Shown here: one piece after another, positions 1-10,779 of the stretch | Numbering within the stretch: position 1 is the first letter of the stretch | How the letters are laid out: each line of letters starts with the position of its first letter | DNA from: an uncultured Candidatus Saccharibacteria bacterium | GTDB lineage: Bacteria > Patescibacteriota > Minisyncoccia > UBA6257 > JACOXY01 | Direction of reading: 5' to 3' | DNA length: 64,000 bases | Assembly: GCA_964357615.1 (NCBI GenBank) | Contig: CAYHMC010000007.1 | Coordinates: 4,896 to 68,895 of the forward strand | The notes under the pieces: generated by a model | Databases searched by the model: none | What the model was told of the DNA's origin: nothing | Seen by the model: only the letters and a program-made list of their open reading frames with translations | Position numbers and translations under genes: made by a program

Positions 1-1823
1 GTCATAGATATTCCAACAAATAATCCTGATGTTATTGCTCCAATAAGTAGTCCGCCTAATGCAAATTTTCCAAAAAACAAAGCGACAACCAAAACTACAA
101 CGATGGGCAATAGGGTTGGCACAATCATTTCCCGAAGAGCAGCCTTTGTTACTATATCAACTGCCTTTTTATAATCCGGTTTAGCAGTGCGATCCATTAT
201 TCCAGGAATTTCTCTAAATTGACGCCTTACTTCTTCTACTACTGCACCAGCTGCTCGCCCCACTGACTTCATGGCCATACCACCAAACAAATATGGAAGT
301 GCCGCTCCCAAAAACAAACCTACCAACACCATTGGATCTCCGAGGTTAAAGCTAATCAATCCTTCTCCAGATTCTTTTGACAAAACTTCAACATAATCAG
401 AGAAAAGTATGAGAGCAGCTAGACCAGCAGATGCAATTGCGTAACCCTTTGTAACTGCTTTTGTAGTATTTCCAACAGCATCAAGCGCATCAGTAATTTT
501 ACGAATCTCATCAGGCGAACCAGACATCTCTGCAATTCCACCAGCGTTGTCAGTAATTGGCCCGAAGGAATCTATGGCTAAAATTATTCCAGCAACAGAA
601 AGCATAGCAACTGCAGCCAACGCGACGCCAGGCAAAAGGGCAATTGAATAACTTCCTAAAATTGCTGCTGCGATGATAACGATAGGCAATGCCGTACCTT
701 CCATACCAACAGACAAACCAACAATTATATTTGTTCCGTGCCCAGATTTAGATGCCTCCGCGATTGATTGAACTGGGCGGTATTTTTTTGATGTATAGTA
801 ATCGGTGGTTAAAACCATTAATATTGTTACCCCGAGTCCAATCAAGGTTGAAATAAATGCATCTGAAGAACTTACACCAGCTGGCAAAAGCTCTTCGAAA
901 TATTTAGTTGCAAAATAAAATAATACAGCAGATATTCCGATAGTTACGCTTAGCCCACGATAAAGAGCTCCCATTATCGAACCTGATTTTGGCAATGATA
1001 CAAACATACTTCCCACAAGAGATGCTAATATTCCTAAACCTCCTAATATCAATGGCAACACTCCTGCCTCAAGACTAGTGCTTAAAATAATTATAATAAT
1101 CGCGGCGGCGAGCGTTACAGCATAAGTTTCAAAAAGATCAGCGGCCATTCCATTAACATCGCCAACATTATCACCAACATTGTCAGCTATAACTGCTGGA
1201 TTCCTAGGGTCGTCTTCTGGTATTCCGGCTTCAACTTTTCCAACTAAATCAGCTCCCACATCTGCAGCCTTAGTAAATATTCCACCTCCTAATCTAGCGA
1301 ATACAGAAATTAAACTCGCACCAAAACCCAAGCCAATTAATCCAGAACGAAGCATTTCTGGATTACCTATTTGTAATCCCCAATAATAAAAAGCTGATAC
1401 AACGAGTAACCCCAAGGCAACAACTAAAAATCCAGTAACGGCTCCCGCTTTAAATGCAAGAGAAAGCGCACTACCAAGTCCATCTTTGGCAGCCGCGGTA
1501 GTCTTAGAGTTAGACCTAACGGCTATCATCATTCCGATGCAACCAGATGCGGCTGAGGCTATGGCTCCAACAAGAAATCCAACAACAGTAACCATTCCGA
1601 GCGAACCCAAAAACAACCAAAGTAAAATCGCCAAAATAACGGCTATTATAGCAACGGTGCTATATTGTCGTTTCAAAAAAGCAGAGGCACCATCTTGAAT
1701 TGCTTTTGAAATTTCTATTTGTTCCTCATTTCCTGATGGCTTATTTTTTAACCAGTTAATAATATATAAACTATATCCAATTGCTAGGGCGATTGGTAAA
1801 AATATTAATAATTGTATTTGCAT
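1..1823 (-). CDS. hppA: Membrane H+-translocating pyrophosphatase, probably K+-independent type (3' end beyond window edge)
   Basis: Not in the ORF track because it is truncated. Manual translation from ATG at 1823: [10 protein letters not shown]...[44 protein letters not shown]...[10 protein letters not shown]. Lys in GNxxK is the K+-independent signature. Confidence 0.95.
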   Translation of the reverse strand, partial: MQIQLLIFLPIALAIGYSLYIINWLKNKPSGNEEQIEISKAIQDGASAFLKRQYSTVAIIAVILAILLWLFLGSLGMVTVVGFLVGAIASAASGCIGMMIAVRSNSKTTAAAKDGLGSALSLAFKAGAVTGFLVVALGLLVVSAFYYWGLQIGNPEMLRSGLIGLGFGASLISVFARLGGGIFTKAADVGADLVGKVEAGIPEDDPRNPAVIADNVGDNVGDVNGMAADLFETYAVTLAAAIIIIILSTSLEAGVLPLILGGLGILASLVGSMFVSLPKSGSIMGALYRGLSVTIGISAVLFYFATKYFEELLPAGVSSSDAFISTLIGLGVTILMVLTTDYYTSKKYRPVQSIAEASKSGHGTNIIVGLSVGMEGTALPIVIIAAAILGSYSIALLPGVALAAVAMLSVAGIILAIDSFGPITDNAGGIAEMSGSPDEIRKITDALDAVGNTTKAVTKGYAIASAGLAALILFSDYVEVLSKESGEGLISFNLGDPMVLVGLFLGAALPYLFGGMAMKSVGRAAGAVVEEVRRQFREIPGIMDRTAKPDYKKAVDIVTKAALREMIVPTLLPIVVVLVVALFFGKFALGGLLIGAITSGLFVGISM

Positions 1824-1884
1824 AAAATTTAATTATTGATTTATAATAAACAACTCAAAAAATCTTTATTGTTTCTAAATAATT

Positions 1885-3147
1885 TTATTTATCTTCTTTA
1901 ACTTCAGGTGTGTCTATTTTAACTTCTGGTGTATCAGTTTTTATAGCTTCATCTTCAGTGGAAGCTACAGCCACTCCTTCAGCTTGCACTTCTTCTGGTC
2001 GAGATTGCGACCTAACATCTATTTTCCATCCTGTAAGTTTGGCGGCGAGTCTTACATTTTGACCACCACGACCAATCGCGAGAGAAAGTTGGTCTTCTGG
2101 GACAAAAACTCTAATTTCTCTCCTTGGAGAAATTTCGGTATAAGTTACTTTTGCTGGTGATAAAGAATTTGCAACAAATTTTTCTGGTTCTTCTTGCCAT
2201 TCAATAATATCTATTTTTTCATTTCCAAGTTCATTATTCACTGCCATTACTCTTGTTCCTCTCTGACCCACACAAGAACCAACTGGGTCAATATTTTCTT
2301 CAGTTGAGCTAACCGCTATTTTTGTTCGGCTTCCTGGTTCACGAGCTATGGCTTTAATTTGCACAATTCCATCCGAAATTTCTGGAACTTCCATTTCAAA
2401 TAATTTTCCAACAAATTGAGGATGCGCTCTAGATAAAATTATTGATGGTAGACGAGGTTCATTTTGCACAGCAACAACATAAAAACGAAGTCTTTCTCCA
2501 GACTTATAATGTTCTCCTGGGATAGTTTCGTTACCAAACATAACTCCGATTGCTCTTCCTAAATCAATATAAACATTTCCGCGCTCAAATCTTTGTACAA
2601 CTCCCGATGCAATTTCACCTTCTTTGTTTTCAAATTCAGAAAGAATTGCGTTCTTTTCTGCCTCGCGCAATTGTTGCAAAATAACCTGCTTCGCTGTTTG
2701 AGCAGCAATACGACCAAAATCATCATGAACCTCCAAGTCAAAAGTAAGCTCATCTCCAAGCTTAATATCTTTACCCATAGTTTCCTTTGCTTCGTCCATC
2801 ATAATGTGACGATCTGGATTATATCTTGGGAGTAAATCTTCTTCTGAATCTTCTATGATTGCTCTCTTGCTTGGAGTAGACTCTCTAGATTTATCATCAA
2901 TATCCTCTGGTTCTTCTTCTACGATACGAACAGTGCTTAAATCTACAACGGTTTTTACCTGCCAAAACTTAAGCTCTCCAGTCTCTGTGTTGAATTTTGC
3001 TTTAATAATTTCTCCACGCTTTCGATATTCTTTCTTATATGCAGCCGCAAAAGACGCCTCAATTGCACTAAGGATTACATCTGGCTCAAGTCCCTTTTCC
3101 GAAGCAATTTGAGAAATTGCGCGCGAAATATCTTTTAAGTTAAACAT
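1885..3147 (-). CDS. nusA: Transcription termination/antitermination factor NusA
   Basis: FGRIAAQTAKQVI, AREPGSRTKIAV, DPVGSCVGQRGTRV and LAIGRGGQNVRLAAKLTGWKIDV motifs. Confidence 0.98.
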   Translation of the reverse strand: MFNLKDISRAISQIASEKGLEPDVILSAIEASFAAAYKKEYRKRGEIIKAKFNTETGELKFWQVKTVVDLSTVRIVEEEPEDIDDKSRESTPSKRAIIEDSEEDLLPRYNPDRHIMMDEAKETMGKDIKLGDELTFDLEVHDDFGRIAAQTAKQVILQQLREAEKNAILSEFENKEGEIASGVVQRFERGNVYIDLGRAIGVMFGNETIPGEHYKSGERLRFYVVAVQNEPRLPSIILSRAHPQFVGKLFEMEVPEISDGIVQIKAIAREPGSRTKIAVSSTEENIDPVGSCVGQRGTRVMAVNNELGNEKIDIIEWQEEPEKFVANSLSPAKVTYTEISPRREIRVFVPEDQLSLAIGRGGQNVRLAAKLTGWKIDVRSQSRPEEVQAEGVAVASTEDEAIKTDTPEVKIDTPEVKEDK

Positions 3148-3352
3148 TTTTTATTTTAATTAATATTATATAAAAGCCCGCGCATCGGCGGACTTTCAAT
3201 CATCTTGTTAGATTCCACAATTTTACTCGCAATACAAAGACATCTAACAAAGTCAATATATTAACAATAACATAAGCAAATCTTAAGTCAAATCAGTTCC
3301 CAAATAAGAAAATTTATATTGCTACTAAGTTCTCTTGTCTTTTTTATTTAAT

Positions 3353-5386
3353 TTAGTGCCCCTCAATAATTGTCCCCACTTGAACAGTAACTTGTTTGAT
3401 TCTAACTACATCAGTACCAGCTTGGCTATTTTTGCATGAAAGGGTATAGGTTGTTGAATCTTCTGGATAAACATCATAAGTACCAGTGCATGTTCCCGCG
3501 CAGGGAGCGTCCGTAGAAATACCATGATCAATTGTATAATAATTAGAATTATCACATCTCCAAGTTAATTGAGATATCTGTTCAGACTTAACAAGGCTTG
3601 GATTAGCTGAAAAAGAAGCTATTGGTATATTAATTACACGAACATATTCTGAATCTCCGATATTAGTAACACCATCAGGGGTACACTGGATTATATATCT
3701 TAATAACCTAGTTAGTGGGCCACCAGTTGCAATGGTTGGAGTATTGAAAGTACGACTTCCGCTTACATTACCTGGGACGGCATTGGTATTAAGAATTGAA
3801 AAATTATTCCCATCTGTATCGCTGTCCCACCAATTAGTTCTATCACTATCTTCTGGTGGTTCTGGCAATGCTCTTTGTGCCTGACAACTAATCAAAGCGC
3901 TACCAACCCAATCAATAGTAATTGGATCTCCTTCATCTTTAATTAGAGGGTTACCGACTGGATTATCAGCATTATCAATTTCTAAATCAATTAGAGGTGT
4001 TGGGGTTGGGACGATTGGGGTTGGAGTGGGGACTACTGGGGTTGGAGTTGGCGTGGAAGGTAGCGCACCGCCTGAAGTTGTAAAGTACAAATGGCTATTT
4101 GTTCTTGCATAACGTGGGCTTCCATCACCTTCGTCCGTCGTTGATTTTAAATGTAATTTCCATCTATATGTTCTGTTTGGCTCCAAGTAAATAGTTCGTT
4201 GACTTGCACCAGAAGGAATAGACCAATCATTTTGCTTATTGGGTATACTTTTCTCCGTAGTTGCTCCATGCTGAAAATCAACAACTAAATCTTCACAATC
4301 ATTGGCATAGGTGCTTCTATCACCACACCTAGTAGCACCATCCATTCTTTCTGTATCAATTAATTCGATTCTATAATTTTCTTGTGTGCCACCTCCATCA
4401 GTATCAGCAAATGACCATTTTATAGTAACCGGCATTAGACCACCCACAAGTGGATCTGTGAGATTCGCATTATTCAATGGTTGCTGTATGCTCAGGGTTG
4501 GCTGATCTAAAGTAGCCGGCGGTGGTGTACCATCCATCATTTCATACTGTACTTCATTCGACTTAACTCCATTTACAACAACATAAGCTTTATAAAAGCC
4601 ATTTAGCGTACCGGCAGGAAAACCACGGACATTGGCCATATCATCTATATCTGGAAATGGTCCAGTAGTATCATTGCCAGAACCATCAGTAAAATTGCCA
4701 TAAGATCCATGGTCAAAGTGATTTCCCGACGGTGTAAGTGTGTGAAAACTAATTTCTAAATTTGGGGGTGCGTTTATTGTTTTTACCCATAAAGTTTGCT
4801 GAACTCCAACTGTATACTTTAGTTGTCCACTCGGAGAACTTATATACGCACTGGCTGGCGGTGGCGTTCTATCGTTAGAAACTGCCATAGTAAGTGTTGC
4901 CCTCAATACAGTGTATTTTACATTATTAGATTGCTTTCCATCTATTACAACATAAGCAGTATAAACACCCGCTGGCCAATTTGCGTCAATGCCATTGGAT
5001 GATCCATTAATATTTGGAAATGGGCCAGTAACATCAGCGCCAGCACCATTAGTTGTTTGACCATATGTTCCATGATTAAAATGGGAACCTCCCGGTGTGA
5101 TTGTATGAAACTCAACGCCCTTATTTGCGGCTGCGCCTACTGTAGTTAGCCAAATTGTATTTAAGGCTCCGGCAGTGACTTTAACTTGACCACCGGGAGA
5201 GGATACATATGAACTGGCTGCTGGAGCGGTTGCGTTATTGGACCTTGCAATAGTAAGAACTGGATCACCGGGTGCAGCAGCCGTTTTATTTAATGGAAAA
5301 ATTACCAAAATTAATAATCCAAGTGCTGTAGTAGCAATAATAGGTAAAAACGAGAAGTGAATTTTATTTATAAAATTTTTTTTCAT
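3353..5386 (-). CDS. Secreted/surface protein B2: signal peptide, two tandem ~120-aa beta-rich repeats, FN3-like domain, Pro-Thr linker, conserved Ig-like C-terminus
   Basis: Likely start ATG 5386 (MKKNF...). Internal duplication LTIARSN.../LTMAVSN...; PTPTP linker; C-terminal ~222 aa match 5911..8127 except the last residue. Confidence 0.75.
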   Translation of the reverse strand: MKKNFINKIHFSFLPIIATTALGLLILVIFPLNKTAAAPGDPVLTIARSNNATAPAASSYVSSPGGQVKVTAGALNTIWLTTVGAAANKGVEFHTITPGGSHFNHGTYGQTTNGAGADVTGPFPNINGSSNGIDANWPAGVYTAYVVIDGKQSNNVKYTVLRATLTMAVSNDRTPPPASAYISSPSGQLKYTVGVQQTLWVKTINAPPNLEISFHTLTPSGNHFDHGSYGNFTDGSGNDTTGPFPDIDDMANVRGFPAGTLNGFYKAYVVVNGVKSNEVQYEMMDGTPPPATLDQPTLSIQQPLNNANLTDPLVGGLMPVTIKWSFADTDGGGTQENYRIELIDTERMDGATRCGDRSTYANDCEDLVVDFQHGATTEKSIPNKQNDWSIPSGASQRTIYLEPNRTYRWKLHLKSTTDEGDGSPRYARTNSHLYFTTSGGALPSTPTPTPVVPTPTPIVPTPTPLIDLEIDNADNPVGNPLIKDEGDPITIDWVGSALISCQAQRALPEPPEDSDRTNWWDSDTDGNNFSILNTNAVPGNVSGSRTFNTPTIATGGPLTRLLRYIIQCTPDGVTNIGDSEYVRVINIPIASFSANPSLVKSEQISQLTWRCDNSNYYTIDHGISTDAPCAGTCTGTYDVYPEDSTTYTLSCKNSQAGTDVVRIKQVTVQVGTIIEGH
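3360..4031. repeat. ~670-bp direct repeat, copy 1 (3' end of surface protein B2)
   Basis: Reads identical by eye to 5918..6590, from CCCTCAATAATTGTCCCC to GATTGGGGTTGGAGTGGGGA. Confidence 0.95.
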
Positions 5387-5387
5387 A

Positions 5388-5855
5388 TCATTTCCAATAA
5401 ATAATTGTTTTGATTTCAGGGGTAAAATCACTTAAAGAGCTTTTCTGTGAATATAATTCCAAAACAACTCCTTCGCCAATTTCTGAAATATTCCCTATCT
5501 CTAATTTATTATAATTTGGAGATTGTTCCTGATCTTTTCCTATCAATCTATAAACTTTCAAATCATCTTTAGCTAGTATTTTAAAGTTATTGTAATATCC
5601 ATCACTATCTTCGATTGTCAGTTTTATCAATCCATCTTTAGATTCCCATGATTCCAACTGACCTCTTGTCAAAAAAAATCCAAATTCTTGAGGGGGTTTG
5701 CTTAGAACAACTCCATCATTAAAACCCATATTAATTCCCGGCACACCTTTTTTAACTGCAAATAAAACTAGAGTTCCAACAACAACAATTATAAAAAGAA
5801 TGATTAGCCAAAGGTAAAAGTGGCTCGGCTTAGTAGCTCCAGAATTATTATTCAT
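5388..5855 (-). CDS. Single-TM small protein A2, paralog of 8131..8583
   Basis: MNNNSGATKPSHFYLW, TM helix, ends KTIIYWK; stop codon abuts the B2 start. Confidence 0.8.
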   Translation of the reverse strand: MNNNSGATKPSHFYLWLIILFIIVVVGTLVLFAVKKGVPGINMGFNDGVVLSKPPQEFGFFLTRGQLESWESKDGLIKLTIEDSDGYYNNFKILAKDDLKVYRLIGKDQEQSPNYNKLEIGNISEIGEGVVLELYSQKSSLSDFTPEIKTIIYWK

Positions 5856-5910
5856 ATTTTTAAATTATACTATATAGATATATTATAAAGTAGCTAAACT
5901 ATAAGTCAAT

Positions 5911-8127
5911 TTATTGTCCCTCAATAATTGTCCCCACTTGAACAGTAACTTGTTTGATTCTAACTACATCAGTACCAGCTTGGCTATTTTTGCATGAAAG
6001 GGTATAGGTTGTTGAATCTTCTGGATAAACATCATAAGTACCAGTGCATGTTCCCGCGCAGGGAGCGTCCGTAGAAATACCATGATCAATTGTATAATAA
6101 TTAGAATTATCACATCTCCAAGTTAATTGAGATATCTGTTCAGACTTAACAAGGCTTGGATTAGCTGAAAAAGAAGCTATTGGTATATTAATTACACGAA
6201 CATATTCTGAATCTCCGATATTAGTAACACCATCAGGGGTACACTGGATTATATATCTTAATAACCTAGTTAGTGGGCCACCAGTTGCAATGGTTGGAGT
6301 ATTGAAAGTACGACTTCCGCTTACATTACCTGGGACGGCATTGGTATTAAGAATTGAAAAATTATTCCCATCTGTATCGCTGTCCCACCAATTAGTTCTA
6401 TCACTATCTTCTGGTGGTTCTGGCAATGCTCTTTGTGCCTGACAACTAATCAAAGCGCTACCAACCCAATCAATAGTAATTGGATCTCCTTCATCTTTAA
6501 TTAGAGGGTTACCGACTGGATTATCAGCATTATCAATTTCTAAATCAATTAGAGGTGTTGGGGTTGGGACGATTGGGGTTGGAGTGGGGATGAGAGGCGA
6601 ACTTCCTGTGCTGAAAATTGCGCTAGTAGACCACCTGGTTCTATTTCCATTCGACGACCTCGCTTGAACACGCCATCTATAATTTTTATTTCTTTCAAGT
6701 GAAACTGTGCGAGAAGTTACCCCGCTACTTACATTTTCATTATTATAATTATCTAAACCACTAGTAGCGGTTGCGGGAAACCCATTTGTTCTAAAATCTG
6801 ATACCTTTTCCATACAATCCACATCATAATTCGTAGCTGAATTATCGCGACATAAATCAGCGCTAGGCAAATTAGAATCTAACTGATCTTGGTCTTGAAT
6901 TTGAATGCGGTATCTATTTTGAGAACCAGACCCGCCGAATGCAAAATTTGGTGGGTCGCTAAAAGTCCAATCTAGAGTCACTCTCATCCGACCATAAGCA
7001 TCCAAAGGCCCAGAAACTGGATCCGGTGGACCAACTATATTTACAATTGGGGGAGGTGGAAGTGTTGGAAGTGGTGCGAAGGGTGACGGTGATGCGCCAG
7101 CGCCACTAAGTGAAAATCGCCATCTTATTGTAAGAGCTTGATTAGCAATAATAGGTAATGTTACTAAATTGCTACTAGTATACGGTCCCGCTGTACAAAC
7201 TGGACCAGAGATTGGTCCATAACAATATTTATAACCATCTAATGTGTGACTACTGGGTATAGCCGAACTCGGTATTGATACCGTTACATTGGTTCCGTTA
7301 GCAATTCCAGCTCTCTCGTAAAAATATCCATTTCCTGAATCTGTAGGATATGAAACTGGAGAACCAGCGCCAACTGCTATATTGACTGATGTTTCAACTC
7401 CATCAAAAGTAATTGCTTCCATTGTCCATCCTATTACCGAACCAGTTCCTGGAGCTATAGTTGGTGTTGGAGATATTGGAGTTGGAGTAGAAGCGGGAAG
7501 TGGCGCATCAACACAAACATGGGCAGCTCTTCTAATTTCCCCGGCTCCATCACCAGAAAAACCAACAGACGATAAAACTGCTCTTAGGGCAATGCATTCA
7601 ACATAAGTCTCTGCGTCTTCATCTGGATCGACACCGCAACTTCCGTTGCATGTCATATTATTAATACTCGTTGCACTATTTAAGGGATTGAAACATTTTG
7701 CTGTAGCGAGATTAACACCACTGCCATCTGTCTTGAATCCAATACCTTTTAGTAACCAACCTAAAGGACAAACTGCCCAGTCTTCCATGTTGTCTGGTGG
7801 AGTTGAGTCATTATAACTGATATTGCAATCTGTGAAACTAGAACCACCACAGAACTGAATGCTAGTCTGAGTGCTTGGCAATCTATAACAACTTGCTCCT
7901 ATTCTCGTTACGGTATTGCCATCACCGGCAATGCCAACAGCTCTTAAGTATTCTCCTGAGGCACAACTAACCCAGCGCTCTGAAACCGATGAACTCTCAA
8001 AACAATCATCTGATCTGGTGCCCCAACAATGCACAGCTCCAGAAGAAGTAAAACTAGCTAGCGCAACATTAAAAACTAATAATATTAAAATTGGGGAAAC
8101 TAAAAATAAATATTTTTTGTAATTCAT
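5911..8127 (-). CDS. Secreted/surface protein B1: signal peptide, three Cys-rich repeats (beta-prism lectin-like by inference), FN3-like domain, Pro-Thr linkers, conserved C-terminus
   Basis: Repeats WVSCASGEYLRAVGIAGDG / WAVCPLGWLLKGIGFKTDG / YVECIALRAVLSSVGFSGDG; shares its C-terminus with B2. Confidence 0.75.
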   Translation of the reverse strand: MNYKKYLFLVSPILILLVFNVALASFTSSGAVHCWGTRSDDCFESSSVSERWVSCASGEYLRAVGIAGDGNTVTRIGASCYRLPSTQTSIQFCGGSSFTDCNISYNDSTPPDNMEDWAVCPLGWLLKGIGFKTDGSGVNLATAKCFNPLNSATSINNMTCNGSCGVDPDEDAETYVECIALRAVLSSVGFSGDGAGEIRRAAHVCVDAPLPASTPTPISPTPTIAPGTGSVIGWTMEAITFDGVETSVNIAVGAGSPVSYPTDSGNGYFYERAGIANGTNVTVSIPSSAIPSSHTLDGYKYCYGPISGPVCTAGPYTSSNLVTLPIIANQALTIRWRFSLSGAGASPSPFAPLPTLPPPPIVNIVGPPDPVSGPLDAYGRMRVTLDWTFSDPPNFAFGGSGSQNRYRIQIQDQDQLDSNLPSADLCRDNSATNYDVDCMEKVSDFRTNGFPATATSGLDNYNNENVSSGVTSRTVSLERNKNYRWRVQARSSNGNRTRWSTSAIFSTGSSPLIPTPTPIVPTPTPLIDLEIDNADNPVGNPLIKDEGDPITIDWVGSALISCQAQRALPEPPEDSDRTNWWDSDTDGNNFSILNTNAVPGNVSGSRTFNTPTIATGGPLTRLLRYIIQCTPDGVTNIGDSEYVRVINIPIASFSANPSLVKSEQISQLTWRCDNSNYYTIDHGISTDAPCAGTCTGTYDVYPEDSTTYTLSCKNSQAGTDVVRIKQVTVQVGTIIEGQ
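5918..6590. repeat. ~670-bp direct repeat, copy 2 (3' end of surface protein B1)
   Basis: Identical by eye to 3360..4031. Confidence 0.95.
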
Positions 8128-8130
8128 AAT

Positions 8131-8583
8131 TTAATCCCAATAAATAATTGTTGTGACTCTCGCTTCTAAGTTTTCATATAAATTATCTAGGTACAATTCA
8201 ATATACATTGCCTTTTTAATTTCACTTATTGATCCTACTTCAAATTTTCGATTTCCATCTACTCGCTCTTCATCATTACTTATATCTTTAAAATATTTTG
8301 TCTCATCGGATATATTTACAAAATATTTTTTAACTTTATTTTCATCAGATTCATCTTGAATTCCAACTGCCACGCGACCATATTTAGATTCTAAGGAATC
8401 TATTTGTCCCTTATCAATTAAAATTCCATATACAGAATCTTTATTTTGATTTCCGTTATTAATGTTAGGAACACCTTTTAAAACTGCTAGATAAACCAAA
8501 GTTCCAATAAAGACAACCAAAGAAAGAACTAAAATCCAAAGGTGGAAGTGACTCGACTTACCTGCTCCAGAGTTATTGTGCAT
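8131..8583 (-). CDS. Single-TM small protein A1, paralog of 5388..5855
   Basis: MHNNSGAGKSSHFHLW, TM helix, ends TTIIYWD; 3 bp from the B1 start. Confidence 0.8.
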   Translation of the reverse strand: MHNNSGAGKSSHFHLWILVLSLVVFIGTLVYLAVLKGVPNINNGNQNKDSVYGILIDKGQIDSLESKYGRVAVGIQDESDENKVKKYFVNISDETKYFKDISNDEERVDGNRKFEVGSISEIKKAMYIELYLDNLYENLEARVTTIIYWD

Positions 8584-8810
8584 AATATTATATTTTATAA
8601 AATATTTAATTTATTTATAAAATACTTTGTTACTTAAAAGTATAACACATTGGGGAATTATTCTATACTTTTTATTGTGAATATCTTTGTTAGAAAAAAC
8701 ATTAAATGATTGGGGCTGGGAATTCTATGAATAAAATATTAAATATAAATATCGCGCTTATGGCATACAAAAAAACTAATGTGCCTGTGGATAACTTGTT
8801 GATTTTGTAT

Positions 8811-10779
8811 TGTATATCGATAAACATTGGTTCTTTTACCCCATAATAAAAACCAAATAAGTATATAGTTTTGTCTCGGTTATGACTTTTTTAAGCAAAA
8901 CAATAGATAAGTGCTAAGCTAATGCGAGAACTAGAGAACAAGCTTAATGGGAATTAAATAGAACATTGAAATTAAAATAAATAAATTAAAATAAATATTT
9001 TTAGTTAGTATCATTTGAAGTATAAAAATTATAAAAAATAAAGCCAAGTAAATTGTTTAAATTAAAAAAGTGTATTCAAAGCACATTCTCGCTCTAAAAA
9101 GCAAAATTTTAACCGAGATGCCCAGATTAAATATCGCAATTAAATTAAAGCTTAACTATTGAATTAATACGCCCGACAAATGTCTTAAACAAATAATTAT
9201 CGGAACAAAATATATTCAAAAGTAATAAACAAGTTCTTAAGGATTTTGAATTTTACCAAAAAAATAAATTGGGAATTGGGACTTTGCCTACTAAATAAAT
9301 ATCTGACTCAATTAGCTATGCATAATAAAATTCAAAAAAAATATATAATTTTCAATTTTGAAAATTAACATTTTGTTTATCAATAAACAATTTAGAAAAA
9401 ATATTCTATATAAAAATCTCGTAAATCTCCATAAAGTGTTTACCGATAAACATTTCTTTTTAAAAAATACTTAACAACGAACAACAACGCCGAAGCGTAG
9501 GCGCAAAAAATTATTAAAAACATCTTAATATTTTTGTAGATCAAACTAATTTAATATCCTAAATTTTAATCGAAGAACATTTTATTCAACTTAATAAAAG
9601 GTTTAACGATAAACAAAAAAGATTGGGGAGTCGACTTTGCAATATAAAAATATTCATCAACAAATGTTTGGCGATAAACAATTTTAGAAATATGAACAAA
9701 TAACTTTTTTGTGATTGACTGCCAATAACAAATTATAAAAATAGAACTTAAAAAATCATTTAAGCGATTGTTTAGAGTGATTAAGAAATTTATTTTTAAT
9801 CATGCAAATCTTAAAATAATAACTGCAATATTTTTTAATGAATGTTTATCGATAAACAATCAATTCTATTTCGTAAAATGTTTACCGATAAACATTTTAT
9901 TTTATTTAGCAGAATGTTTAACGACAAACAATTTTATTTTTTGAGAAAAATGTTTATCGTTAAACAAAATATTGACTGTTAAATTGAGAGGTTTAAATTT
10001 TTATATAAATTGTTTACTAATAAATATTTTATATAAGTGGAAATTAAATATTGATTAAATGATTATTGTTCTATAAAAAATATTTTTAATTACTGCTCTC
10101 CAGTTATATTAAAATAATTAGGCAATTAAAATAATTAGGCAATCAGGCAATTGCCTAATTTTACTATCGGCAACTAGTAATTTGTCGAAAATGTTTAGCG
10201 ATAAACATTTTTAAAATTCTATATCTAATATTAATTTCCAAAAACTTAATAAAATGTTTATCGACAAACATTTTATTTTATTTAGCAGAATGTTTAACGA
10301 CAAACAAATATATATTTAATTGAAAATAAAAAAAATTAATGTGAATGTTTATCGGTAAACATTTTTAATAATTTTGAATGAATTATTTATTTACGAGTGT
10401 TTGACGATAAACAAATAGCTCAAAAAAACTAGTTCTATAAAACTAGTAAATATATCTCTCTGACTCAGCCACTCCTATTTTTTGATTTTGCATTAGTTTA
10501 TATTAGTAACTAATATCGCTGTCAAATAGCCACATAAATTAGAACACGAATTCCTAAAAGATTTTCAATCTTCATAACCCAAATAAAGCTTGATCGCTAA
10601 GCTAACTAAGTTACAGCAATGAACATATAGATGGGCATTGCTGTATAAACCAGCTGCACAAAATGGATTACGGAACCAATAAATCTTAAATTATGATTAG
10701 ATAAAAATATCACTATAAACTATCAATAATTGAGTATTGGATTCAATTTTATGCATAATAAAATGTAAACCGACAAACA
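8811..10779. repeat. Cluster of about 15 16-bp palindromes TGTTTANCGNTAAACA (parS-like) in a 2.3-kb ORF-free region
   Basis: Copies start at 8811, 9374, 9437, 9600, 9665, 9843, 9879, 9915, 9951, 10011 (degenerate), 10192, 10255, 10291, 10346, 10398 and 10764. Confidence 0.9.
10108..10163. repeat. Tandem 17-bp repeat followed by a palindrome
   Basis: ATTAAAATAATTAGGCA twice, then AGGCAATTGCCT. Confidence 0.8.

Noticed and set aside
1180-1698. Plus-strand ORFs 1180..1386 and 1486..1698, and similar short antisense ORFs across nusA, gyrA, pnp, comM and virB4
   Set aside because: Shadows of well-supported genes on the opposite strand
9843-9966. CRISPR array (regular repeat-spacer pattern)
   Set aside because: Repeats are only 16 bp and vary internally, spacers are 20-bp AT tracts with one reused, only four units are in phase, and no cas genes are present
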